A DNA stretch of 64,000 bases from NCBI RefSeq assembly GCF_009914755.1, contig NC_060926.1; one strand, written 5' to 3'. Below are positions 44,002 through 58,870 of this stretch, in pieces. A model generated the notes under the pieces. That model worked only from the letters and a program-made list of their open reading frames with translations. It ran no database searches and was not told the origin of the DNA. A program made the position numbers and the translations under genes. Position 1 is the first letter of the stretch. The number at the start of each line of letters is the position of its first letter. This DNA is from the human T2T-CHM13v2.0 reference genome, Homo sapiens.

Positions 44002-45187
44002 TACTAAGGGACTTCTGCCGAGAGAGTAGGTGGACTTTGCGTATTCTTCCTGTGAAGCACAACTAAAAACCTTGGACATAGGCAAAACAAACACAAGAAG
44101 ACTGAAAGGTGGAGAGGAGAAGAAAGACTGGCTAGGGACTTCAGGACTGAAGGAATAACATGATGATGAGTTCCCTCGATTTCTCCCCCTTATATATACC
44201 AAAGTTAGAACAGAAGCAACTGGAAAACTAGAAATGCCAATGGCACAGACAAAACAAAACATAACAAAAGCCTCAACAACGCTTGATCTTCCTAGCCAAA
44301 GAGCCAGCAGAGGGACAGCTTAGCAAGATAGGAAACTGTTAGACAATAATTGCTCTACGCCAGCTAAATGCTACAGAAAAGACTGTGGTCCCACTCCCAC
44401 TTATGCAAGCAAAGGATTACTGGAGAGCCAAGAGTTCTACCCTCATCAGGCTGTAAAGGGGTGTCCCAATCTCCCTACTCAGGTGGTGTCAGAGAAGGTC
44501 TAGTGGAAGGTCAGGATGTTCACCATCACCTTGTGATGACAAGGCCACCCCCAGTGGTGTCACTGGAGACCGTGTCGGGAGAGTGTGGACAAACTCCTAT
44601 TCTTTCCAGTGCAGAAGGTACAGCCCAGTGGGGGAGCCAGAGCTTCCACTGTACCCAGTAGTATTGAGGACCCCTCACTCCCCTAGTGCCAAAGGAGGCC
44701 AGCTGGGGGACCTGGGCTTTGATCCTCACTAGGCAGGAATGAGATGGCAACAACCTCACTTCTTCTGCCAGAGTGGCATCAAAAGAAGGAAGCTAAAAAG
44801 AATGTTTAAATAAGATCCAAAGTCTCATAGTATAACAACCAAAATACCTAGGATTCAATTTAAAAAACTCATCAAGAACCAGAAAGATCTCGGAATGAAA
44901 CAAATCAATAAATTTCAACACTTAAGTTGACAAAGATGTCAAAGTTATCTGACAAAGATTTTAAAGCAGCTATAAAAAATGGTTCAATGAGCAATTGTAA
45001 ACCTGCTTGAAGCAAATGAAACAATAGAAAGTCTCAGCAAAGAAATAGAAGCCATAAAGAAACAAATGGAAATTTTAGAACTGAAAAGTACAACAACCAA
45101 AAAAGCAATAGAAAGGCTCAAAAGCAAGTGGAAGAGACAGAGGAAAGAATGAAAGAAAATGAAGATAGCACAATAGAGACTACCCAA

Positions 45188-45908
45188 TGTGAAAGGAAAA
45201 TAAATCTCAGGACCCACAAATCACTAAGCCAAAGGGAAAATTCAAGCTGGAAAATGCATCAGGCAAACCTGCCTCTTATTTTATTCCTAAATAAGATAGC
45301 TACAAGGATAAAGAAGCTACATCCTTCCCTCACCATTTGCCCACATGGGAATTCCTTGTGGGCCTCAAGATCTTTATCCTAAAACAATTCTGTTGAATTT
45401 CACCCTGGCAATGTAAATTGATAGCTTATCTTCACAGATGCTGGAAGGACAAACAGAACTCAAAGTCATCCCTCTGCTCACCTGAGTCAAATGGTTATCT
45501 AATGGCTTCCTCTGCCCTACTGTTTATGCGAAAATGCAGATTCACTGAGCCAGAAGAAGGCATGACTGTTCCTCTATCTTCACCCCCTCCCCACCCACAT
45601 ATAAACTGTGTATTCAGTGAAAGGCTGATCAGAGACCCAAAAGAATGCAACTGTTTGTCTCTTATCTACCTATGACCTGGAAGGCCCCACTTTGAGCAGT
45701 CCTGCCTTTCTGCACCAAACCAAAGTACATCTTACACATATTGATTGATTTCTCATATCTCCCTAAAATGTATAAAAGCAAGCTGCACTCTGACTACCTT
45801 GGGCACATGTCATCAGGACCTCCTGAAGATGTGTCACGCAGGGCTCCTTAACCTTAGCAAAAAAAACTAAATCGATTGAGATCTGTCTCAGATACTTTTG
45901 AGTTCACA
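45188..45908 (+). mobile_element. MER4A/MER4A1 solo LTR
   Basis: tgtgaaagg...ttcaca; perfect TSD cccaa. Confidence 0.9.
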
Positions 45909-46768
45909 CCCAAGGTGAACAACAGAGTAAAAATAGACTAAAAATAAATAAATACATAGACAGAACCTCTGGAACCTATGGGACTATAACAAAAGATCTA
46001 ATATTTATCTCATCAGAGTTCCAGTAGGAGAAGAGAGAGAGGGCAGGGCTAAAAAAGTACTGGGAGAAATAATGTCTAGAAAACTTCCTAAATTTGGTAA
46101 GAGATGTAAACTCACAGATGGAAGAAGCTGAGCAAACTCTAAATAGAATTAACATAAAGAAATCCACACCGAAACACATTATAGTCAAATGTCTGAAAAC
46201 TAAAGTAAAAGAATATAAATCTTTAGAGCAGCCAAAAAACAACAATACATTTGTTGTAATTTAATTACAACAAATTTCTCATCCAAAACCATAGAGGCCA
46301 GAAGGAAATGGCACAATATTTCAAGTAAATAACTATCAACCCAGAATTCTATATCCAGTAAAAATAGCTTCCAATAATGAAGAAGAAATCAAGACATCCT
46401 CAGATGAAGAAAAACTAAATAATTTTTTACCAGCCGATCTACCCTAAAATAATGAATAAAGGAAGCTCTCCAAACAGAAAGAAAATAATAAAAGAAGGAA
46501 CTCTGGAAAAGCAGAAAGCAAGAAAACACAGTAAGCAAAAATACAATATACTCACTTTTTGATTTTCCTAAATGACATTTGATGATGGTGGAAGCAAAAA
46601 TTGTAACGTTTCCACTTTTTGGAAGCAAAAAGTGTAGCCACTATTGTGGTTTTAAATGTAAGCAGGGGAAATATTTAAGACAATTTTATCATTAATATCT
46701 ATAATTATATCATTATTGTCTTAAATATTTAACATATTACATAAAAAAAGCTATTCAAAGATATACAC

Positions 46769-47322
46769 TGTCACGTGCATCCATGTGAAGAGACCACTAA
46801 ACAGGCTTTGTGTGAGCAATAGAGCTTTTTAACCACCTGGGTGCAGGTGGGCTGAGTCTGAAAAGAGAGTCAGCAAAGGGTGGTGGAATTATCATTAGTT
46901 CTTATAGGTTTGAGATAGGCGGTGGGGTTAGGAGCAATTTTTTTGCGATCAGGGGGTAGATCTTACAAAGTACATTCTTAAGGGTGGGGAGAATATTACA
47001 AAGTACCTTAAGGGCAGGGGAGAATATTACAAAGTACCTTCTTAAGGGTGGGCAGGGTGTATTGTACAAAGCACATTCACAAGGATGGGGGAATATCACA
47101 AAGTACATTATCACAAGGGCGGGGAGGGTGTATTGTCACAAAGTCAATTGATCAGTTAGGGTGGGGCAGGAACAAATCACAATGGTGGAATGTCATTAGC
47201 TAAGGCAGGACCTGGCTATTTTCACTTCTTTTGTGGATCTTCAGTTGCTTCAGGCCATCTGGATGTATAAGTGCAGGTCACAGGGGGATATGATGGCTTA
47301 GCTTGGGCTCAGAGGCCTGACA
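46769..47322 (-). mobile_element. HERV-H type II LTR (LTR7B/C-like)
   Basis: HERV-H ends plus tandem 'acaaagtac..aagggyggg' U3 repeats. Confidence 0.88.
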
Positions 47323-47410
47323 GTAGGTGGATCTCCTCACAGAGTGAGTGCAAGGACAAGGGACAGGTCTCCCAAAGGAGTCCCCCTGTCCTGGATCTTC
47401 GGCACCTAAA
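47323..47410 (-). mobile_element. HERV-H primer-binding site (PBS) and 88 bp leader
   Basis: Minus strand tttaggtgccgaaga...gaggagatccacctac. Confidence 0.8.
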
Positions 47411-47774
47411 TGTCATGCGTGTCCATGTGAAGAGACCACCAACAGGCTTTGTGTGAGCAATAAAGCTTTTTAATCACCTGGGTGCAGGTGGGCTGAATCT
47501 GAAAAAAGAGTCAGCAAAGGGAACTAGGGGTGAGGCAGTTTTATAGGATTTGTGTGGGTAGTGGAAAATTACAGTCAAAGGGGGTTGTTCTCTTGAGGGC
47601 AGGGCGGGGGTCACAAGGTGCTTGGTGGGGAGCTCCTGGGCCAGGAGAAGGAATTTCACAAGGTAATGTCATCAGTTAAGTCAGGAACCGGCCATTTTCA
47701 CTTCTTTTGTGATTCTTCAGTTGCTTCAGGCTATCTGGATGTATACAGGCCGGCTTGGGCTCAGAGGCTTGACA
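47411..47774 (-). mobile_element. HERV-H type I-like LTR (LTR7)
   Basis: Same U3 layout as the 33266 LTR; followed by the PBS. Confidence 0.88.
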
Positions 47775-48371
47775 TACGCTTTTAAAAGGCATAGATAAAT
47801 CAAAATGGAGTTCTAAAAAATGTTCAAGTAACCCAAAGGAAGTAAGGAAAAAAGAAAATAGAGAAATTAAAAGCAGAGAGAAAAACAAAAAGCAAAAACT
47901 AAATAGCAGCCATAGCCCTGAGATCTACCATGTTAAACACTAATCGAAAGAAACCTGGATGGATTAGTTTGCTAGGGCCACTATAATAAAATACCATAAG
48001 CTAGGGCAAGGTGGCTTAAACAACAGGAATTTACAGTTTTCTTAGAGTTGTGGAGGCCTTGCTCAAAGATTCAGGCTTTAGGAGGGCCACCACTCTGAAG
48101 GCATTAGGAAGGGCTCTGTTCCAGGACTCTCTCCTACCTTCTGGTAGGGCCTTGGCTGGTGGCGGGATAACTCCAGTCTTCCCATGGCATTCTCCCTGTG
48201 TACATGTCTGTCTCCAAATTTCCCTTTTATATAAGGACATCACGTCATATTGAATTAGGGACTCTATTCCAGGGCTGTCTTAACTTAATTAATTGTATCT
48301 GCAACAACACTATTTCCCAATAAGGTAAAATTCTGAGATACTGGGGTTAGGACTTCAATATCATTTGAGGG

Positions 48372-48925
48372 TGTCAGAGGCGTGTGAACCAGAGCAACTC
48401 CATCTGAAATAGGAGCTGGGTAAAATGAGGCTGAAACCTACTGGGCTGCATTCCCAGACAGTTAAGGCATTCTAAGTCACAGGAAGAGATAGGAGGTCAG
48501 CACAAGATACAGGTCACAAAGACCTTGCTGATAAAACAGGTTGCAGTAAAGAAGCCAGCCAAATCCCACCAAAACCAAGATGGTGATGAGAGTGACCTCT
48601 GGTCGTCCTCACTGCTACACTCCCACCAGCACCATGACAGTATACAAATGCCATGGCAACATCAGGAAGTTACCCTGTATGGTCTAATAAGGGGAGGCAT
48701 GAATAATCCACCCTTTGTTTAGCATATCATCAAGAAATAACCAAAAAAATGGGCAACCAGCAGCCCTTGGGGCTGCTCTGTCCATGGAGTAGCCATTCTT
48801 TTATTCCTTTACTTTCTTAATAAACTTGCTTTCACTTTACTCTATGGACTCACCCTGAATTCTTTCTTGGGTGAGATCCAAGAACCCTCTCTTGGGGTCT
48901 GGATCGGGACTGCTTTCCTGTAACA
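48372..48925 (+). mobile_element. MER41A 5' LTR
   Basis: tgtcagaggcg..gaaccagagcaactccatc...tgtaaca; upstream TSD aggg. Confidence 0.93.
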
Positions 48926-49550
48926 TATTTCTGGTGACCACAGAAGAGACTTGTAGTGCAGAAACCCTGACCCAACAGCTACCTTTGGGTAAGTGTTGGA
49001 GTCCTGTAACATATTTGTGGCAACCACGGTAGTGACTTTACTGCAGAAACCCCTGACCCAAATGCTGGCTTTGGGTAAATGGTGGGGTTCAGTAACATTT
49101 TTCTTGTGAGCCACAAAAGGGACAATACTGAGGAACGCCCCCCGCAACCCAAAGGAAATAGACTGCAGCACTGATTGGACAACTTTGGGTAATTGGTGGG
49201 GTACCTGGATAAAGGTAAAGTGATTGGACAACTTTGGGTGAGTGGCGGAGTACCTGGATAAAGAATGGGATTGGGTTACAGACCCAGCTAGGGAAGTTAC
49301 AGTCTCTCCTAAAACAGAGTGGGTTAGAGGTCCCTCTTAATAAAAGGCAAGGACGCTTGACCGACCTTGGGTTAGAGGCCCAACTTAGGAGGGTTAGAGT
49401 CCCTTCTAAGATTTAGGAAGTTAGAGGCCCCTCTCAGTATAAGTCCTTCTCGGCTAAAAGCAGGTTTGGCACTACGGGATGTTAACTGCTATTCTCTTTG
49501 GATTAATCTGCCTTGCACTCTTTGCTGATGGCTGTGGGTGACAGGGTTAG

Positions 49551-50533
<983 letters not shown>

Positions 50534-53413
50534 TTGAACTTTTCATTGTCGGCTGCAATGAGTGGGCGTTTTCTCTGGCTTCCCTGAGCTCTTCACCTTC
50601 CCCACCCTACCACAGGTAATACTTTCCTTCTCTACTTTTCCTTTCCTATATTTTCTGTCACTCAGGGTGACCATCTTGCCCAGAGACCATATGTTGATAC
50701 TCCAAGTCGGAGGTTGGATTAAAGATGATGGGACTCATCTGGGGGAAAATTTAAGCCTTGCCAGTTTGATATTGGGTGCTAAGCAGAGTGGCTAATGTCT
50801 GTGTTTTATCACATGTATTTTGCTCTGGCCAGAATGAAAAAAAAAAATTCCTTTATAATGTGGCTTGGCCCCAGGGTGATGGTGCCACAAGCTGGATCAC
50901 TAGGACTGCTCAGAGAAAGAGAACCCAGAAGATTGGCATGCCGGCAAAAGGGTAAAAATTTCTTACCAGTCAGATTTCTGACTTCTCTCTGTGGGAACGA
51001 TTGAAGGAATGGTAAAACAAATCTCTTCTGTTTGGATTAATGCAAAAAAGAATTCTAAGGCTAGTCTTAAACTGGTGTACTTTGTGCTATGAATTCGTTT
51101 TTCTTGTCGAGGGGAACTTCAGGATAAAACATGGGCTTAGAACACCTGTAAGCCCGCTTTTCAAGACAACTCAGCAAGCTGGTCCGTAACGAACTTGGCT
51201 GCAGGTCCCTGAAACAAACAAAAAACAACTGGATGAAGTTTCCACCTTATTTTATGTCCTTGGGAGCTTGACCTTTTAACCACATGGCGGTACTTTCTCT
51301 TGGTCTCTGCCTTCCAGGGAACAGAAATTTTAGGGTTCATGTCATAGTTAGTGCTAAAAATCATATTAAAAAGTTAAAAGCCTTTACAAGCTCAAAATTA
51401 ACTACTCTAGACTCCGTCTGGGGAAGGAAACAGAGGCTGTCCCATGCTGCACCTCTGTTGCTAAGGTTTTGCGCTTTCACAGTAGCGGTCCAGGTTCAAT
51501 TCCCCACCTAGGAAGTAAGTCGTTTCTGGTTTAATACCTGCATGACCTTGTCTATTCTCTTCTCCTCTGTGGACTGTCTTAAATTTTCCTTTCTCTAAGC
51601 ACCTGGGAGGTTACCTTTGGTAAAGTTCAAAAGTCAGAAATATCGGCCGTTTGGCATAAGAAATTCTAAAAGGACTTTATTAAAGAGTGCTATGGTTAAA
51701 ATCAGTACTATTAAAAGCGGATAGTTAAACTCTAACAGCCTAGACTCCTTGGGAAAAACAGGAGGAAACAGAGACCACTTTCCTGGCCCTGTTCTTCCGG
51801 GGGCTCCATCCTAAAGCCAGTAATCCAATGAAGAAACTTAAAAACTGGCAAATGAAAAATTTTACAACTACTGTAGTATAATCTTCTGTCTTTCTTGTAG
51901 CTACATATGTGTTGTGTGTAATGTTTATATATAAGAGCTCTAATTAATTGGCTGAAACAAAAATAAGCACTTACATCAAATATTTTAAAAGCAAAATAGA
52001 AACTGTAATGCCTTTTAGTTCATATAACTTTAGTAATCTTTGGGAAAAACAGCTTTTAAAATTATTGTTAAAATAAAAACATTTAGTCTAAATTATGCAG
52101 GTCAGATATTAAGTTTGCTAAAGGCTTTAAGGTCATAAACTGCTGCTTTAACTTTTCCAAAATTGTTCAATTTACCTACCTTAAAGCCATGAGGTTCTAG
52201 ATAAGGCCTGGGGACATGTGGAATTAGCCATGCCCCTTTGCTATACAAAGAAGATTATTAAGAAAGGGATTTTATGTAAGAAAGGATCTTGTATGGGAAA
52301 TTCTTGTCCTAAAGTAAAATGACTGGTTGTCTAACAGGAGGGATGTTTAGGGCAGGTCAGAAAGTCCAATAATATCTCAGATGGTCTGTGTAAGTCATGA
52401 AAGGATTTGTGAAAGGGAATTTATGCAAGAAATGTCATACAATTCAAAGGTTGTTAAGCCTTGTAAATGCTTCATAAAATGCCACTATGACTCTTGCTGT
52501 ACAACTTGCCTGCTTTATAGCTAGGTAAGGCCTGGGGACATGTGGAGTTAGTCATGCAACCTAGCTATGCTGGAGAGTCAGCTCTTATCTACACTTCTGT
52601 CTGGTGTGTCCTAGGCTAGGCGCCACACCTTGTATATAATTAAAATCCCGAACTTACCAAGTTTTTCACCAAAAATAAAAGTTGCTAAAAGTTAACGTTA
52701 TAATATGTAACTAAAACTACTAAAAAAAATTTTACATGCAAGGTGTGTAAAGAAAGTAAAATGTGTTTTTGGCGAAAGATTACAAGAAGGCATGGGAATG
52801 TGCATTTTTTTTGCCTAAGGGGTTAAAGAATTGTTTTAAGTTAGAATAAAGGTTTGAACAATTGTGGAGGGTTTGTAGAAAATTAATTGTAAAAGAGATT
52901 CTGTGTGTGGACATTGGCTAAATTAAAGGAGTATTATTCAGTTTTTCTATAAATTAAAAATTGGAATAAAAGCACAACAGATTTTTCTTAGAGCAAAAAC
53001 CTGCTTATGATCTGCTATTTAACAAAAACTTGTAAAGGGTTATAAAAGGTTTATAAGAATCTTACCTTATGGTCAAACTGATTAAGATTGGATCGATATA
53101 TTTATAAGGTTTTATTAAGAATTGGGTTTGACATTGATAATGCACTAATGCAACAGTGACATTTGGCTTATTTGGTACAAAAATCATACAGGGAGCATTG
53201 TCAAATATAAAATGGTGTTTGGTTTTCTTTGGGCCATATTTGTATAAATATGTTATTGGTATATATATTCCAAAATCATGGGAAACTCTTATAATTCTGA
53301 TATGACTTAGTGTACATTATCAGTAATAATGATAATCGTTACATAAAATCATTGTATGCCATGGAGGTAACAAATTTCCTTGTCAATTGTTTCTTTGATC
53401 GTGGCTCCCCTAA

Positions 53414-53778
<365 letters not shown>

Positions 53779-54509
53779 TGATTTATAATCAATTATAGAA
53801 CTCTAATAGGTGTTCTTAAATGCAGGTTTTCTGATAACTTTGGAGATTGTGTCATCAGAATAAAGGAAAAAACTTTCAGAACTCTAATGGAGAACTGAAA
53901 TATTCATAACTATCAAACAGAAGTTAACTATATGGACTAAACTGAAGAAGTCTAATCTTTTTAACTTTGCTTAAAACATTGCTGATCCTTTGTTTTGTTT
54001 TTCAGAGTCAAGGAAACTTTTCTTTTGAGCTATTTACAGCTTTTAACAGTTGAGTGTACTCCTATGAACAGAATTTGGAGCATATTTATTTTTATTTCTT
54101 TGTATTTAATTTCTCTAAAATTTGGAAACTGTTTGTAAGTATTCTTAACTTATGGCAATATAGTTATTTGCATAGGTGCAATAAAAATCCGTTTTCTTTT
54201 GTAACAGGACACAACGGGAGACATTGGTTATTTTGCTAAGGCTTTGACTGGAACAGCATGTTTTCCTTTAGGGTATTAAACCTAACATATAGAGCCAATA
54301 AAAGCCCCCTGGGGGACTGGCCTCATACCTTGCCTAAAACAGTCTCTGTGCAGAATTTCTAACCTGTGGTGAGTAAAGAATGTCACTTTCTGACAGGTCA
54401 TGGAGCCCCAAGTTATCTTGTGACCTCGAGAGGAAAAAAATTTACCCAACTCAGGTATTTGAGGGTGCAAACCCATGGCTGGGCTCGGCTGTAAAATAGT
54501 CTTACCTGA

Positions 54510-54818
<309 letters not shown>

Positions 54819-55646
54819 CTATGGAATAGAGTTCAAAGCCAATTTAAAATGAGCTTATGTGAAAAATAATTATTCTTGCTGTACAAATAATCAGGCCAAG
54901 TATAATAAAGCAAATCGGTCTTACCATGATTTGTCTTTAGTAAAAATAGGAAACTGGAGAGAGAAATATTACATTTCAAAAACTGGTATACTTTGTATTA
55001 GATTCTAGTCTTATCAGTTGTTTTTAAGTTTGTTTCTGCAATTTAGTCTAACACTGCATATTCCTGTGAACCAACCACTGATGTCTAACTGCTGCTCAGA
55101 AGAAACAAGAGAGATGGGTAATGCAAAAATCTGGATCAGTATTCTAATTCTGGGCACATTACAATCAGCTAACAACCCCATATCAGCTTAGTTCCAACAG
55201 TTGCCCAGTTCATGAAAAGCTTTCTAATTTAGTTTACTTGGAATAACTTTACTTATTTTCCTTTACTCTTGTGAAATATATTGCTGTTATACTCTTTGTG
55301 TAGGAATACAGGACAAGCTTACTAAATGTTTTCTTAAATTAAACACTTATTAATTTTCCAAATACTCTTTGTGTAGGAATACAGGACAAACTTACTGAAT
55401 GCTTTCTTAAATTAAACATTTATTAATCTTCCAAATATCACCTTTTGTTGAAACTCAAAAGTTATAAATGGACCTTACCATACTAATGCTTTCTGACTGA
55501 GCTCCTCTCTACCCTGAATGCAAGAGGCCCTCATAGTTAGGCAGGAATATCATTGCCCCTATTCAGCATGAAGAAGTTACAGAAGACGGATCTTTATGCC
55601 TCTGCAAGCCTTAGGATTAAGGGTTTATAAAAAGGGTGGGGGGAAA

Positions 55647-56208
55647 TGTCAGAGGTGTGTGAACCAGAGCAACTCCATCTGAAATAGGAGCTGGGTAAAA
55701 TGAGGCTGAACCTACTGGGCTGCATTCCTAGAGAGTTAAGGCATTCTAAGTCACAGGATGAGACAGGAGGTCGTCACAAAATACAGGTCATAAAGACCTT
55801 GCTGATAAAACAGGATGCAGTAAAGGAGCCAGCCAAATCCCACCAAAACCAAAACGGCCACGAGAGTGACCTCTGGTTGTCCTCACTGCTACACTCCCAC
55901 CAGCACCATGACAGTTTACAAACGCCATGGCAATGTCAGGAGGTTACCCTATATGTTCTAAAGAGGGGAGACATGAATAATCCACCCTTTGTTTAGCATA
56001 TCATCAAGAAATAACCATAAAAATGGTCAACCAGCAGCCCTCAGGGTTGCTCTGTCTATGGAGTAGCCGTTCTTTTATTTCTTTCCTTTTATTACTTTCT
56101 TAATAAACTTGCTTTCACTTTGCACTGCGGACTTGTCCTGAATTCTTTCTTGTGTGAGATCCAAGAACCCTCTCTTGGGATCTGGATCAGGACCCCTTTC
56201 CTGTAACA
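55647..56208 (+). mobile_element. MER41A 3' LTR
   Basis: ~91-92% identical to the 5' LTR by eye; downstream TSD aggg. Confidence 0.93.
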
Positions 56209-56653
56209 AGGGGATAAGATTCAACCTATTAAGACTGGAGTGGTGACATTAATTTCAGACAGAGCTGACTTCAGAGCAAGGAAAATTATCAGGAATAAAG
56301 ACAAACTTACATAATAACAAAATGGCCAACTCTCTAAGAAGAAAGAACAATCCTTAATGTGTTCACCGATTATGAAATTGATAAGTTAAATAATTCTATA
56401 AATGTCATGAAATTGGATTAATAATTTTAAAGCTCCGCCAAAGTGGCCAAACTGCCACAGATCCTGACAATTTCATCTGGATCCATTGTACCCTGCTGGG
56501 CCACCAGTGGACTGGGGGCTTCCTGTGTGGTGGTTGGCTTCTGTGTCATGACTGATTTCTACCTTCCCACACCTTATCATGAAAACACTACGTTCCTGTT
56601 GTTCTGACCATGAGGTCTCAGGGTTTGGGCTGCGCTGTGAAGGTCAACCTTAC

Positions 56654-56831
56654 CTCATTGCTGATGGCTTTCTTGTACACAGTAGGCTGCTACTTCATGT
56701 TTCTAGAGAGAGTGGAATTTGAATCTGCTAAGAGGGCTATCCGCTCTCCTGGGACTATGCAAGCTTCATAATGCAGCCATGAGCTTGTCTCTGTGCCTTT
56801 GAGTTTCATGAGCTTTTTCTATAGCAGCATC
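56654..56831 (-). ncRNA. Candidate internal exon of a non-coding transcript (178 nt)
   Basis: Acceptor tttcttttcttttttgcag|G, upstream CTGAC, donor GAG|gtaagg; stops in all three frames. Confidence 0.4.
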
Positions 56832-57261
56832 CTGCAAAAAAGAAAAGAAACAGCCCATCTGGAGGTCAAGAGGTCAGTCTCTGGCTGTGTTTTTCTCATT
56901 GAAGTAATATACCTTTGGTCCTCGAATCTTTTCAACCTATTTTCTTAAATTCCTCCTAGAAAGCAGGGAATGAGAATTGGATTTCTGTAAGAGAGGGCGC
57001 AAGTTTTCTGGGTACGTCACCTTGTTTTTGATGACGTTTGGAAACAAACTTGATCTTGGTTTCTACACCCTGATCTCCAAAAACACTTGAGAAGAACTGA
57101 AGGTCTTGTGTATGTGTTGTGTCCTTCCTTCGGAGGAGGGATGGGGACACTAGAGGAAGGTTCTGTCGAGGCCCCTGTAAATGATAAAGGAGCATTTCTC
57201 ACACGAAGATCCAGGCACACATCTTCAAGGAACTGTGAATTTATGAAAAATTTTTAAATTC

Positions 57262-57394
57262 TTTTTTTTGTTTGTTTGTTTTGTTTCTTAGAGCTTGGGG
57301 TCTTGTTATGTTGCCTAGGCTGGTTTTGAACCCCTAGGCTCAAGCCATCCACTTGTGTAGCTGTGACTACAGGCAGACGCCATTATGCTTGGCT
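57262..57394 (-). mobile_element. FLAM / Alu monomer
   Basis: Single arm. Confidence 0.8.
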
Positions 57395-58549
57395 TAAAAT
57401 TCTTGTGTTTTTATTTCAGTGATAACCTAACAAAAATATTAGTGTAAACACTTTTGAGGTTGTCTGGAGGACCCATATGTAGATATGGCCATTGATTACA
57501 GCATCATTTGGTGTCTTGTCATTTTACTTTAATAATTGCAGGCTCAGGAGGAAGGAACAAAGGAGAATATAAAGTAAAAACAGTGCATTCTTCCAATGCA
57601 AAGGCCAAATGATGGCAGGGCTTGAAGAAAATTTCACAGTGGTTCAGAAGGAGACAGTGATGGGAGACCTGAGTCATCATATGGAACACAATGGTGGAGG
57701 AGTTCTCTGTAGCATGTTCCAGTGTGAGCAGCAGTTTGGGTCTAGCAAAACCAGTATTATTCATCACATGGAATTAATAATGTCAATTATCAATGAGGAA
57801 AAGTAATTAAAATTTAATAGTATATATTGGTTAAAATTTTATCTCATCTGTTGTTTTGCTTGTCTCAAATCTCTAAAATTATTTACATAAGGAAATCCGT
57901 TATTGAGTTTTAACTTTACATGTTTAAGAAACATTTTGACTAAAATAATCAAAAACAATACTGGAGGGCCACACAAATGCTTTTCCTTTAAGTGTTGTGC
58001 TGCCATAGAATAATTTTTGAACTGGAAAGTTCTTGGGAGATTTAGTAGAGAGGAAGCTGAAACCCCAAGAGATTAACAGACTTTTCCAAGGTCAGACAAC
58101 ACATCCTCAGCAAGGCTATGATTAGGCCCTAGGTCTCCTGATGTCCACCCCAGGCCCCTTTCCAAGGCACGGCTGTTCAGAAGAGGGCTCCAAGAAGGTG
58201 GATTATTCAGGCCCAGGTGATTGGATGGCCATGCCTTCCCTAAAACAGAGGCTGGGAGCTTTACTTTTTCTTTTGCAGGCCACTGGCACATGGAATATAT
58301 CAACTGTGGGCCAGGCACAGTTGAAAAACAAGAAGAGAAGTTTAGAGACAAGATTCAACATCAGTCTCCACTCCACCCCCAGCAACCCCACCAAAACCAG
58401 CATTACCATATACTCCACCTCCATCACGTTTGTGTAGGTACAGAAGATGACAGAGGATGTGCTAAAGGGCTATTTTGAACATTTCTAAATGGATGCCACA
58501 GATTATATGCATTAGAGAATGAGCTTCTCAATGGTTCTTTACTGGTAGG

Positions 58550-58870
<321 letters not shown>

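Noticed and set aside
48372-48925. Interferon-inducible STAT1 enhancer as in MER41B
   Set aside because: A-type LTR; I see no TTCnnnGAA pair in either LTR
56435-57240. Processed pseudogene
   Set aside because: Minus-strand translations match no protein I recognise; no poly(A) or TSD; TBLASTX would be decisive
57400-58020. Possible old DNA-transposon fragment or + strand exon
   Set aside because: Could not assign TIRs or a family; splice signals weak
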